Assembly: GCA_020635075.1 (NCBI GenBank)
Contig: JACKAM010000002.1
Span: forward strand, 365,896 to 429,895
Direction: 5' to 3'
From: Pseudobdellovibrionaceae bacterium
GTDB taxonomy: Bacteria; Bdellovibrionota; Bdellovibrionia; Bdellovibrionales; UBA1609
Length of the DNA stretch: 64,000 nt
Position numbers and translations under genes: made by a program. A model generated the notes under the pieces. That model was not told the origin of the DNA and did no database searches. It worked only from the letters and a program-made list of their open reading frames with translations. Shown here piece by piece: positions 54,972 through 64,000 of this stretch (the first letter of the stretch is position 1; each line of letters begins with the position of its first letter).

Positions 54972-55169
54972 ATGGGGTCACATATGGAAGTCATGGAAAA
55001 AATTGTTTACGAAGTTAAGCCCTACGGTTGTCTGGCTCTTGCTTTCTTTGCATTGCAGGTGGCAGACGTAAACTCCACAATGGGTAAGGTTGCAGCCCTC
55101 ACTCTTCTCATTTTGGGAACTGTGTTGGTCTATGCGCGCCTGCGCGGTCGAGGCATCATTAAGTGGTAA
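54972..55169 (+). CDS. Small hypothetical membrane protein
   Basis: 65 aa with two hydrophobic helices. ORF evidence only. Confidence 0.35.
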   Translation: MGSHMEVMEKIVYEVKPYGCLALAFFALQVADVNSTMGKVAALTLLILGTVLVYARLRGRGIIKW

Positions 55170-55269
55170 GCGAGGCTTCGTGCCTCTGAACTGAGAGTGC
55201 TTGGGGAAGAGTTCTCAGATCAACACCATCCATAAAATGAAGGCTCAAATATACCGAAACATGAGGTAG

Positions 55270-56400
55270 ATGGAACTACCTGATCTTAATCAACAGCCTG
55301 AGTCTGTACCGGCTTGGGTCAAAGTCCGCAACCTGTGGGTCAAAAATGAGAAGTACTTGGCCGCCGAGTTCTTTCTTGCCGGTTTTCTATTCGACATCAT
55401 CACACTAAAGCGCATCGACGAATGGTTGACGATCATTCAGCAGGGGATCTTTCTTTTGGCTGCGGTTTTTCTTCTCATACTCAAAACCAAAAACTGGAGT
55501 CCACCAGAAAAATGGCCTGGTTTCCTTCATAAGGGTTGGGGTTATCGGGTAGAAGCCATGCACTTCCTATTCGGAAGTCTTCTCAGTGCCTTTACCGTCT
55601 TCTATTTTAAGAGCTCCTCGCTCGTGGTGTCTTTTGGCTTCCTCGCTGTTTTGTGCGCATTGCTTGTTGCCAATGAACTTAAGAGGTTCCAGGGCCTGGA
55701 GCTTCCTTTTAAGTGGGCCCTGCTGACCTTGTGCTTGGTTTCCTATCTCTCCTATTTGGCACCTATTGTATTAGGATTCATTGGCGTCACCACATTCCTG
55801 GTCTCGGTTGTCCTCACTTCACTGGTTCTCTGGTTGGTCTACAGACACCTGGCCAAAGGCAATCAATCGGGAAATCTGAACCTTAAGAAACTTCTGCTCT
55901 ATCCTGCCGTTGGCGTCATGGTGTTTTTTATTGTCGCCTACATGATGCAATGGGTACCACCAGTCCCCTTGTCCCTGAAGTTCGTGGGCATTTACCATCA
56001 GGTTCAGCGCACCGAGGATGGCCACTATGAACTCCACCACCAAAAACCCTGGTGGAACTTCTGGCACAACGGGGATCAAGATTTTAAGTCGCTCTCTGGC
56101 GACAAGATCTACTGTTACTTTCGCTTGTTTTCACCGGGTGGTTTTAAGGATGAGATCCGCCTTCATTGGCTGCTCAAAGATCCCAAACGGGGATGGACCA
56201 CCCAAGACAAAATCCCCCTTAAAGTGACAGGCGGCCGCGCCGAAGGATTTCGTGGGTTTGGGGCTAAATCCAATTACTCTGCAGGAAAGTGGCGGGTGCA
56301 GGTGGAAACCACTGAAGGACGGGAAATTGGCCGCATTTATTTTAATGTTAGCGAAGCCAAAAACCCCTTCGATCGTCAGTTCATGATTGATCGTCAATAA
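55270..56400 (+). CDS. Polytopic membrane protein with a C-terminal DUF2914-like soluble domain
   Basis: About 7 TM segments, followed by IYCYFRLFSPGGF...WLLKDPKRGW...GKWRVQVETTEGREIGRIYFNV. Confidence 0.55.
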   Translation: MELPDLNQQPESVPAWVKVRNLWVKNEKYLAAEFFLAGFLFDIITLKRIDEWLTIIQQGIFLLAAVFLLILKTKNWSPPEKWPGFLHKGWGYRVEAMHFLFGSLLSAFTVFYFKSSSLVVSFGFLAVLCALLVANELKRFQGLELPFKWALLTLCLVSYLSYLAPIVLGFIGVTTFLVSVVLTSLVLWLVYRHLAKGNQSGNLNLKKLLLYPAVGVMVFFIVAYMMQWVPPVPLSLKFVGIYHQVQRTEDGHYELHHQKPWWNFWHNGDQDFKSLSGDKIYCYFRLFSPGGFKDEIRLHWLLKDPKRGWTTQDKIPLKVTGGRAEGFRGFGAKSNYSAGKWRVQVETTEGREIGRIYFNVSEAKNPFDRQFMIDRQ

Positions 56401-56405
56401 CCCTC

Positions 56406-56966
56406 TTAAAGCACTTCCATTAGGACAGCTGCGAGGTTGGGCCTCTCCATCATCGGGGGAACCCTTAAAGGATAACCAATCCACAAAAAGCCCACCAGCT
56501 CCACTAAAGCGGAGTCTGCTCCGAGAATGCGATAGGTTTCCGGGTGCCGGGTTGGCTTTCCTGTGGACCATTTGCAACCGACTCCCTGCTCCCACAGAAA
56601 CAGAGCCATGTTTTGCACCCCACAGGCAAGCGTGGCGTAGTCCTCTCGGGCCTGAAAGGCGTTTTCACTGCGCTTAATTCCCAGGGCTATCAGAACCGGA
56701 GGTTCAACAAATTTTTTTCGGGTTCGCTCAAGCATGGTCGGCGACACTGGGTCTCCAGGAGTTTCCTGTTTGAGTTTTACAGCCAGGTCTGCCAGCTGGG
56801 CTCTTGTCTGCCCCTTGGGCCAAAAATACTGCCAGGGGAAAGTCAATTTATGGTTAGGCGCAACAAGAGAGAGCCTTAGAGCTTCCTTTATGAGGTCATT
56901 AGCAATAGGATCTGATTTGAAATCATGTATTGTCCGCCGTCCGCGAATAATCTCTTCTAAAACCAA
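56406..56966 (-). CDS. Nitroreductase-family protein
   Basis: Motifs RRTIHDFKSDPI...LRLSLVAPNHKLTFPW. Confidence 0.7.
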   Translation of the reverse strand: MVLEEIIRGRRTIHDFKSDPIANDLIKEALRLSLVAPNHKLTFPWQYFWPKGQTRAQLADLAVKLKQETPGDPVSPTMLERTRKKFVEPPVLIALGIKRSENAFQAREDYATLACGVQNMALFLWEQGVGCKWSTGKPTRHPETYRILGADSALVELVGFLWIGYPLRVPPMMERPNLAAVLMEVL

Positions 56967-57082
56967 AGTGTCTCCCCTTTTTCAAAAACAGGTTCTACAA
57001 ATCCTTTTTACTGTTACGCACCAGACTTTTCAAGTTCCCCGGCTGCTGGTAGGCTTGAGTTTCTGACAGGGAGAAGGGTTGT

Positions 57083-57562
57083 ATGGTACGAGTCCTCTTT
57101 GTTTGCTTAGGAAACATTTGTCGCAGTCCAGCCGCCGAGGGGATTTTTATTTCCATGGTGGAACAAGCAGGCCTCACCGATCGGATTACCATCGATTCCG
57201 CTGGGACTTCCGCCCATCATGTGGGTGAGCCCGCTGATGGACGCATGCAAACCCATGCCCGCGACCGGGGCTATAAACTTCCCAGCCTGGCCCGACAGTT
57301 TGACCACAATAAGGACTTTGATCGATTCGATTATATCGTCACCATGGACGAGTATAATTACTCGGACATTATCGATTTGGCTCCCAACCGGGACTACCAC
57401 AACAAGGTGCGCCCTCTGGTGCAGTTTTGCCGTATTCATAACGTTCCCCGTGTGCCTGATCCCTATTATGGCGGGGACGACGGTTTTCGCCTGGTCCTAG
57501 ATATCCTGGAAGACGGTTGTACCGAGCTTCTTGAGGAAATAAAAAAAGAAATGAAGATATGA
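57083..57562 (+). CDS. Low-molecular-weight protein-tyrosine phosphatase
   Basis: P-loop VLFVCLGNICRSP and the downstream DPYY motif. Confidence 0.85.
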   Translation: MVRVLFVCLGNICRSPAAEGIFISMVEQAGLTDRITIDSAGTSAHHVGEPADGRMQTHARDRGYKLPSLARQFDHNKDFDRFDYIVTMDEYNYSDIIDLAPNRDYHNKVRPLVQFCRIHNVPRVPDPYYGGDDGFRLVLDILEDGCTELLEEIKKEMKI

Positions 57563-58395
57563 AGTCCAAACTTGAGGATCTGCTCAACAAAAGGATCCTC
57601 AACCTGGCGCCTGTCTCTGGCGGCTGTATTGCTCAGTCTTATCGGGTGAGCTGTGAGGACGGAACTCAGTTTTTTGTGAAGACCCACAATCAAGATTCAC
57701 CCCGACTCTTTGCCTGCGAGGCCCACGGACTCAGTGAACTGGCCAAGGCCGAAGCAGTACTTGTTCCTTTGCCGATCGGTAACTCCAAGGATTTTTTGAT
57801 TTTACCTTTCATTGAAACCTCCTCTCCGAAATCCGGATTTTGGCGTGAGTTTGGTATTCAACTGGCCCACCTTCACAAATACAAGGCTGATGAGTATGGC
57901 TTCTATGAAGACAATTTTATCGGCTCAACCCCTCAGTCCAATCGCCCTCACAAATCTTGGCTAGATTTTTTCTGGCAAGAGAGACTTCTCGTTCAACTTC
58001 ATCTGTTAGAACAAAACGGCCTCGCCGATAATGAGATTCGCCAGGGAATGAAACGTCTGGAATCTCGTCTCCCCCAACTGCTTGGGGAGCCGGAATTCCC
58101 CAGCCTCCTGCACGGTGATCTTTGGAGTGGGAATTTCATGTGTACCGCCGCCAACGACCCGGTTTTGATAGACCCGGCCGTTTACTATGGGGATCGGGAG
58201 GCTGACCTCGCCATGACCCGACTGTTTGGCGGATTTCATGGCGACTTTTACTCAGGTTACGAGGAGGTTTTTCCACTGCGCGAAGGATCTGAGGACAGGG
58301 TTGATCTTTACAATCTCTACCATGTCCTGAACCATCTCAATCTCTTCGGCAGCAATTACTATGGCCAAGCAGTAAACCTACTTGGCAAACTCTAA
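57559..58395 (+). CDS. Fructosamine/ketosamine-3-kinase family protein
   Basis: Motifs GGCIAQSYRV, FFVKT, LLHGDLWSGN and DPAVYYGDREADLAM. A 4-nt overlap joins it to the upstream gene. Confidence 0.8.
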   Translation: MKSKLEDLLNKRILNLAPVSGGCIAQSYRVSCEDGTQFFVKTHNQDSPRLFACEAHGLSELAKAEAVLVPLPIGNSKDFLILPFIETSSPKSGFWREFGIQLAHLHKYKADEYGFYEDNFIGSTPQSNRPHKSWLDFFWQERLLVQLHLLEQNGLADNEIRQGMKRLESRLPQLLGEPEFPSLLHGDLWSGNFMCTAANDPVLIDPAVYYGDREADLAMTRLFGGFHGDFYSGYEEVFPLREGSEDRVDLYNLYHVLNHLNLFGSNYYGQAVNLLGKL

Positions 58396-58502
58396 AGGTG
58401 CCAGGTTCCGAATATGCGTCCGTATGCGACAAATCTGAGGATCATTTTCATTCCTAGATTTGTCGCATACGGACGCATATTCGGAACCTGGCACCTTTAG
58501 AG
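58390..58502. repeat. 47-bp perfect inverted repeat (19-nt loop) covering the stop codons of both convergent genes
   Basis: I checked 58390-58436 against 58456-58502 base by base: 47/47 complementary. The TAA at 58393-58395 and the mirrored TTA at 58497-58499 are the two stop codons. Confidence 0.95.
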
Positions 58503-59336
58503 AAGCTTTTGCAGCTCAACCACTTCGGCCCAGAACTTTCCGGCAGCACCGGCAAGACGATGATCCAAGGCCAAGGGAGCCTGATTGGATTCTGACAAAT
58601 AGCCTTGGCGCAAATACTCGGCAATATTCCAATTGAGCTGCGCCAGTCGCAGCAAGGCCGCGATGGTTCTTTGTGTGAGGGGATCCCCTTGGGTGGCTTT
58701 GAGGTTGGCCAAAACTCCATCGTAGTGGCTCACCTGAGAATGCCAAAACAAAGTCTCCAGGTAATACTCGTAGGCCTTTTGGCCGGCGACCCTCTGGCCA
58801 TTTTCAGACTCACGTCCGTGCGACAAATCAAGGCGTGAATAGAAATCCCTTAGGTGAGCAGCCAATTCCCCGGGTAGGCGACCCAAGTAGGGGTCTTTGG
58901 CCGAAAGGGCTGGTGACCAACGCAAAAAATCCCGCAAATGGTTTCGCGATTTCTCAAAGCGAGTCGAACCCATCGAGTGATAGGTACTGAGAGCGGCATT
59001 AGCTGCAAGATCGGCAAGAAGCTGTTGCGCTTCATAAAAGTCATCCCTAAAACTCCGATCCTGCTGGGATCTGGAAACCCGTTTCATCTGTCTATTGGCG
59101 AATTGCCCCCACTCCTGGTACTGCCACTGCTCAAAGCTGATGTCCTTGTTGGCGAGAATCTGGCGAATGTGATCTCGATAGGTGCGCTCGGCCTTGCGAG
59201 CGGCGGCCTTGGCCTGGATGGTGGCGTACCAGGTACCAATCCCACGCCGACAACTGCCGATTAAGTCCGCCCTAGCGGAAGGGGCTGCTATCAGCACGAA
59301 TACTAGAATTGCATATATGAAAGCACAGCGGATCAA
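58497..59336 (-). CDS. Secreted helical hypothetical protein
   Basis: 279 aa with signal peptide (AILVFVLIAAPSARA). No recognisable motif. Confidence 0.55.
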   Translation of the reverse strand: MIRCAFIYAILVFVLIAAPSARADLIGSCRRGIGTWYATIQAKAAARKAERTYRDHIRQILANKDISFEQWQYQEWGQFANRQMKRVSRSQQDRSFRDDFYEAQQLLADLAANAALSTYHSMGSTRFEKSRNHLRDFLRWSPALSAKDPYLGRLPGELAAHLRDFYSRLDLSHGRESENGQRVAGQKAYEYYLETLFWHSQVSHYDGVLANLKATQGDPLTQRTIAALLRLAQLNWNIAEYLRQGYLSESNQAPLALDHRLAGAAGKFWAEVVELQKLL

Positions 59337-59511
59337 ATCTTCACCTCGAATCAGTGATCCTTCATAGCAATGATAGGGCCAGGCGAATGGGCCCTAGCCC
59401 TCTGCTGACGGCTGGGTATTTCGTGATCTTTGGGAATCAATTGGTCACTGGGCCCAAATTTGGCACTCCCGAAAGGTACAGGGCTTCTTTCGGGATTGGA
59501 GCTCCGTCCCG

Positions 59512-62397
59512 CTAGTTGCGGCTTTCGGGCACAATCCAAAGCTGAACGAGCTGGCTTTTGCGCTTTACCGTTACCTTGGTTTTCTCGCCAATTTTGAGGT
59601 GATCCAAAGCATTGGTGTAGTCGTAGATATTTTCAATCTTGTGTCCACCCATTTCAACCACCACGTCTCCCGCCTGGATTCCCGCCTTCTCAGCAGGGCC
59701 ACCCTTTTTAACTCCGTTGATCGGCATTCCCTTGCCACTGTCGTCGGCGTAGTTGGGGATAGTACCGATATAGATACGCAAGCGGCGGGTTCCCTCACCC
59801 TTTTTGACCGCCACTTCGGCATACTGGAGACTCTTGCGCTCCTGAGCCAAAGAATGGGTCAGGTCTCCAACCAGGGAAACAATGCGGGTGGCATCTTCAA
59901 AATTCACCTTGTCGGCAACATCCCGAGGGCTGTGGTAGTCCTCATGGGCGCCGGTGAAAAAGTTGATGGTGGGAATCTTTGCCAAGTAAAAGGGCGTTGA
60001 GTCCGTCGGCAAATAGGGGTCGGCCTGGAGAGCCAAAGGCAAATGCTTATTGGCACTCACCTGCTCCAAAATGGAAAACCAATCGGGACTGGAGCCAAGT
60101 CCCTGGACGATCAGCTTCTTGTTCATGCGACCAATCATGTCCATGTTCACATAGGAGTGGACCTTTAATTTTTTAGCCTCAACAAAATCCTTAATGAAGC
60201 GGTTGGAACCCAGTGTTCCCAGCTCCTCCCCGGACCACAAAACAAAGACAACGTCGTGATATAGCTTTTTGCCTGTCGTCTGAACTTGATTTTGTAATTG
60301 AGCGGCTATTTCCAAGACTCCGGCGACACCCGAGGCATTGTCATCCGCTCCTGCATGAATTTTATTGGCCTCTTCAGGTCGGGCCAAGGAATTCATCTTG
60401 TGCCCCTGGCCCAAGTGATCGTAATGGGCACCGATGACCACGGCTTCAGAGGACTTGCCGGGTAGAACTGCCACCACATTGCGCCCTTCGGACTTGATGC
60501 GCGTGAGTGCAATCCTTCCCGCCAGACTGATCTCATTGAGGTCAATAGATTTAATGGTTTTGCCTGTATCCAACTCAGTCTGGTAGGTGTTCAGTTTTTC
60601 CCTGGTGCGGGCCATCAGTTTTTTGGCCACATCCCGGGTGACAGAAATCACCGGCAAACTCATACTGCCGGAAACTTCGTTGCCCTCAAAAGGAATCAGC
60701 TCATTTTTGACTTTGGAGTTGGGACCACTCACGAGGATCAGGCCCTTTGCACCCAGGTCACGCGCCACCATGGCCTTATCCCGTAAGGTTGAATAGCGAG
60801 ACAGATGCTGGCGCGTCTTGCTGTCAGCCTTTTCGGGCAAAAAGCGAAAGACGACAACCCATTTATCTTTCACATCTAGGTCAGCATAGGAATTGTACCC
60901 TTCAAATTCGTCGGTCTTCGGGGCCCGAATGCCATAGCCGGCAAAAACGGCCGCACCACCTAACAAGTCCGCGTTCGCCGAAAAGTTCAGTGGCAACCAA
61001 TCCTTGTTGGCCACCAAAGACACCTGTTGACCACGAAAGTTCATCGCCATCTTGTTCTCCGCCGCCATTTCCACCCGTGCGGTAAAATCAAAGCCATGGA
61101 AAAAGTCCTTTTGACCTTTAATTGGTTTAAGAGCCAAATGACCAAAGGTCTTGGCAATGTAATCACCAGCCAGGCGCTCACCCTTTGATCCCGTCAAGCG
61201 ACCGGCCAACTCTGGTGCAGACAGGTAGCGAACATGGGACTCAAACCCCTGGCGGTCGACCTCTACCCTCAACTGATGAGCCGGGATCGGCGCCACTCCC
61301 AGCCCCAAGGCTTTGCGAGCCGCAGAATCATCCCAATCAGCCATAAAAATCTGGGCCTTGCCTTCCTGAGCCCTTGTTGCCGTCCAAGCCAGCCTCTGTC
61401 CATCGGGCGAAAACACCGGCAGACTATCGAAGCCTTCATTGTTTGTGACTTGCACCACCTTGCCCTGTCCATCAGTTCTCACCAAATAGAGTTCAAAGTT
61501 GTGCCCGCCGCCCAGATTACTGGAGAAAATCAAATAGTCCCCACTGGGGTGGAAATACGGCGCCCAGGAAATCGCACCAAATTTTGTTAACTGTTTTTCG
61601 CCCGACCCATCGCGATTCATCACAAAGACTTCAGCACTACGGGCATCGGGGGCAAACCTGCGCCAAGTGATCATCGTGGCGTCGGCATTAAAGAAGGGAC
61701 CCCCATCATATCCCTTGGATGTAGTGAGCCTTTTCACATCCTTGCCATCAAAGCGCATGATGTAGAGATCAATCTCGTAGGACGGGTCTACCTTAAAAAT
61801 TTTGGCATCCTGTTCAGAGAGCTTTTCCGCATAGCCGCTGCGATTCGAAGCAAAGACAATCCACTTACCGTCGTAGGAGTAAGAGGCTTCGGCGTCGTAA
61901 CCCTTTTCTTTGGTCAGACGTTTGGTGCGTTTACCGTTAAAATCTGAAACAAAAAGATCATAGTTCTCATCATAGTCCCAGGCATAGCGTCGCTTCGTGG
62001 CCTCGGCTCTTTGTTTGAACTCGTCCTTTTGCTTGGCCTTAGCCTCTTTGTCCAAATGGGTGGAGGCATAGAGAACCTTTTCTTCGAGCGGGTGAACCCA
62101 GGAGCAGGTGGTTTTACCGTGGCCGGGAGAGATGCGCTTGGTTTCGCCAGAGACAAGATTCATTAAGTAAATCTGATAAAACGGATTATCGACATCCCTT
62201 TCACTTTGGAAGACCATGTAGTTTCCGTCTAGGCGAAAGTATCCCTCACCGCTGCGACTCCCAGAAAGTGTCAACTGGTGGAGGCCAGTCAAAAACTGGT
62301 CTGCCTCCGCCTTTTCCACCTGGTTGGCCAATCCCCAAGATGTGGAAGCCAAAATCAACAAACCAAAGATCACTGCCATTCTCAACACAGACAACAT
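59512..62397 (-). CDS. Secreted multidomain peptidase: TolB-like beta-propeller, PA/M28 aminopeptidase, C-terminal PDZ
   Basis: PD40-type repeats (WIVFASNRSG, DLYIMRFDGKDVKRLT, ELYLVRTDGQG). M28 zinc motifs (GAHYDHLG, GADDNASGVAG, SGEELGTLGS, NMDMIG). PDZ domain (GGPAEKAGIQAGDVVVEMGGHKI). Confidence 0.8.
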   Translation of the reverse strand: MLSVLRMAVIFGLLILASTSWGLANQVEKAEADQFLTGLHQLTLSGSRSGEGYFRLDGNYMVFQSERDVDNPFYQIYLMNLVSGETKRISPGHGKTTCSWVHPLEEKVLYASTHLDKEAKAKQKDEFKQRAEATKRRYAWDYDENYDLFVSDFNGKRTKRLTKEKGYDAEASYSYDGKWIVFASNRSGYAEKLSEQDAKIFKVDPSYEIDLYIMRFDGKDVKRLTTSKGYDGGPFFNADATMITWRRFAPDARSAEVFVMNRDGSGEKQLTKFGAISWAPYFHPSGDYLIFSSNLGGGHNFELYLVRTDGQGKVVQVTNNEGFDSLPVFSPDGQRLAWTATRAQEGKAQIFMADWDDSAARKALGLGVAPIPAHQLRVEVDRQGFESHVRYLSAPELAGRLTGSKGERLAGDYIAKTFGHLALKPIKGQKDFFHGFDFTARVEMAAENKMAMNFRGQQVSLVANKDWLPLNFSANADLLGGAAVFAGYGIRAPKTDEFEGYNSYADLDVKDKWVVVFRFLPEKADSKTRQHLSRYSTLRDKAMVARDLGAKGLILVSGPNSKVKNELIPFEGNEVSGSMSLPVISVTRDVAKKLMARTREKLNTYQTELDTGKTIKSIDLNEISLAGRIALTRIKSEGRNVVAVLPGKSSEAVVIGAHYDHLGQGHKMNSLARPEEANKIHAGADDNASGVAGVLEIAAQLQNQVQTTGKKLYHDVVFVLWSGEELGTLGSNRFIKDFVEAKKLKVHSYVNMDMIGRMNKKLIVQGLGSSPDWFSILEQVSANKHLPLALQADPYLPTDSTPFYLAKIPTINFFTGAHEDYHSPRDVADKVNFEDATRIVSLVGDLTHSLAQERKSLQYAEVAVKKGEGTRRLRIYIGTIPNYADDSGKGMPINGVKKGGPAEKAGIQAGDVVVEMGGHKIENIYDYTNALDHLKIGEKTKVTVKRKSQLVQLWIVPESRN

Positions 62398-62569
62398 GAA
62401 CGCCCTCCCTATACCTCTGCGGAAGGGACAAATTACAAAAGGTCCCTGGGAGTGTCTATTCTAGAAAGAACCTACTAACGCGGCCACCCAATAGCCACCC
62501 ATAGACAGATCGTCTAATTGTCGGTAACAGTGGCACCACTCCGCATCCATAACTGCAAAGGAGAATAAA

Positions 62570-63007
62570 GTGGTCATTGAAGGACAAAACGGACAGCTCA
62601 TGGTGATCGTCGAGAAGGGACAAAACCTGGTGGAAACTCTCACCTCCGTAGCTAAAGAATTTAAACTCAAGGGCGGCCGCATCTCAGGAGTTGGCGCAGT
62701 TGAACATGTGGAGCTTGGCTATTATGAACTCCACGAAAAATCTTACATCCGCAAGACCTTTTCCGAGGGTGATTTTGAACTGATTTCCCTAAATGGCAAC
62801 ATCACTCTTAAAGGTGGCGAGCCCTATGTCCACGTTCACACCTCGATTGGCGATAAGAATTTTCAAGTCTATGGAGGCCATTTGTTTGAAGCCGTAGTGG
62901 CTGTTACCGTAGAGGTTCACATTATCCCTTTGGGTGCCATGCCCGAGCGCCTACCGAATGCAGACATCGGTTTGGACTTGGTTTGCGGTATTCGCGATCA
63001 GGATTGA
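62570..63007 (+). CDS. PPC/DUF296-domain protein
   Basis: 145 aa. The motifs G.GAVEHVELGYY...GNITLKGGEPYVHVHTSIGD....GGHL match the PPC (DUF296) pattern. Confidence 0.65.
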   Translation: MVIEGQNGQLMVIVEKGQNLVETLTSVAKEFKLKGGRISGVGAVEHVELGYYELHEKSYIRKTFSEGDFELISLNGNITLKGGEPYVHVHTSIGDKNFQVYGGHLFEAVVAVTVEVHIIPLGAMPERLPNADIGLDLVCGIRDQD

Positions 63008-63010
63008 GAC

Positions 63011-64000
63011 ATGAAACCCTTTCGTAGTTTTCGCGTTTATGAATCGGATGGCAAAATCTGCGGGCGCCTTGAGGCCACTGAACTTGAACAGCTGGATCCT
63101 GGAAATGTGGTGATCCAGTCTCATTACTCCAGTATCAACTTCAAAGACGCTCTGGGTGCGACGGGGGCGGGTAAGATTTTGCGTCGCTTCCCCATGGTGG
63201 CCGGAATCGACGTGGCGGGACAAGTCTTACGCAGTGAGGACCCTCGGTATAAAGTCGGACAAGAAGTGCTCGTCACCGGCTGTGGCCTGGGCGAAGACCA
63301 TGATGGTGGGTATTCCGAAGTCGTCCGCGTCCCTGGAGATTGGGTCGTTCCCATCCCCGAGGGACTGACGACAAAAGAGGCCATGATCTTGGGAACAGCC
63401 GGCTTCACTGCCGCCTTGTGCCTCCACCGCATGGAACAAAATGGCCAGGCTTCTGATCAAGGACCCATTGTAGTAACTGGTGCCTCCGGAGGAGTGGGGC
63501 TATTGGCCACCCAGATCCTGAGTCAAGTGAACTACCGAGTCCTTGCGGTGAGCGGAAAGTCTGATTCCCACAAGTTGCTCAAAGACATGGGAGCGATTGA
63601 GGTCTTAGAGCCAGGCGAGCTCGACTTAGGCTCGCGCCCCCTAGAAAAAGCCCGCTGGGCCGGTGCCATCGACAATGTTGGAGGAGACTTACTTTCAGGA
63701 CTCATTCCTCACATCGATTTGTGGGGCAACATTGCCTGCGTCGGCATGGCGGGAGGGCACTCCTTAAAAGCGACTGTATTCCCCATGATTCTTCGCGGAG
63801 TTAGTTTACTAGGGATCAGTTCCACCAATTGCCCTATGCCCTTGCGTCAAACTCTCTGGAAACGCCTGGCTCAAGAGTGGAAGCCTCACGCTTTGCAGCA
63901 GACCCTCAGCAAGACGGTAACCCTGGACAACTTAGAGGAAGGTTTTGCTTCAATTTTGCAGCGAAAAAACTGGGGAAGAATCCTGGTCGACTGCCGAGCA
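63011..64000 (+). CDS. YhdH/AcuI-type MDR NADPH-dependent oxidoreductase (3' end cut by window edge)
   Basis: Absent from the ORF track because no stop lies in the window. My translation from the ATG at 63011 gives MKPFRSFRVYESDGKICGRLE...SSINFKDALG...VTGASGGVG...GRILVDCRA. It is open through position 64000. Confidence 0.75.
   Translation, partial: MKPFRSFRVYESDGKICGRLEATELEQLDPGNVVIQSHYSSINFKDALGATGAGKILRRFPMVAGIDVAGQVLRSEDPRYKVGQEVLVTGCGLGEDHDGGYSEVVRVPGDWVVPIPEGLTTKEAMILGTAGFTAALCLHRMEQNGQASDQGPIVVTGASGGVGLLATQILSQVNYRVLAVSGKSDSHKLLKDMGAIEVLEPGELDLGSRPLEKARWAGAIDNVGGDLLSGLIPHIDLWGNIACVGMAGGHSLKATVFPMILRGVSLLGISSTNCPMPLRQTLWKRLAQEWKPHALQQTLSKTVTLDNLEEGFASILQRKNWGRILVDCRA

Overview
About 60 genes from the chromosome of a Gram-negative bacterium (TolC-type outer membrane protein, periplasmic binding protein, lipoproteins). 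The taxon cannot be assigned from sequence alone. I found no rRNA, tRNA, CRISPR array, transposase or integrase. The window has five parts. (1) 1.4-15.0 kb, minus strand, is an accessory locus. It holds a giant PKD-repeat exoprotein gene ending in a MepA/LAS-like metallopeptidase module. A G9 homopolymer cuts this gene off from its own signal peptide. Downstream are signal-peptide proteins (putative immunity), then two 5'-truncated orphan toxin/immunity modules, each bordered by the same 60-bp dyad-symmetric repeat. (2) 15.3-17.9 kb holds a four-helix-bundle (Avd/23S-IVS-like) gene and a DUF222-type HNH endonuclease gene, embedded in ACGG/CCGT-rich repeat arrays with a matched flanking direct repeat. 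(3) 18-29 kb is a menaquinone plus shikimate supercluster: menF-menD-menH, DAHP synthase, ubiE/menG, a hybrid sensor kinase, then aroB-aroA-aroK/D/E. The aro genes follow the domain order of the eukaryotic AROM protein and include a trifunctional fusion. (4) 29-45 kb holds dppABC-like genes, ung, a kinase lacking its phospho-acceptor His, mpg, and a lexA-imuA-imuB-dnaE2 mutagenesis cassette. The lexA leader carries six heptamers in exact 11-bp register. (5) 45-64 kb holds an HTH-MntA/HepT toxin-antitoxin pair, gene remnants, a secreted nuclease, housekeeping genes (dapF, purT and others), a 47-bp perfect inverted repeat covering the stop codons of two convergent genes, and a beta-propeller/M28/PDZ peptidase. 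Functional calls rest on motifs I recognised by eye in the translations. No searches were run.
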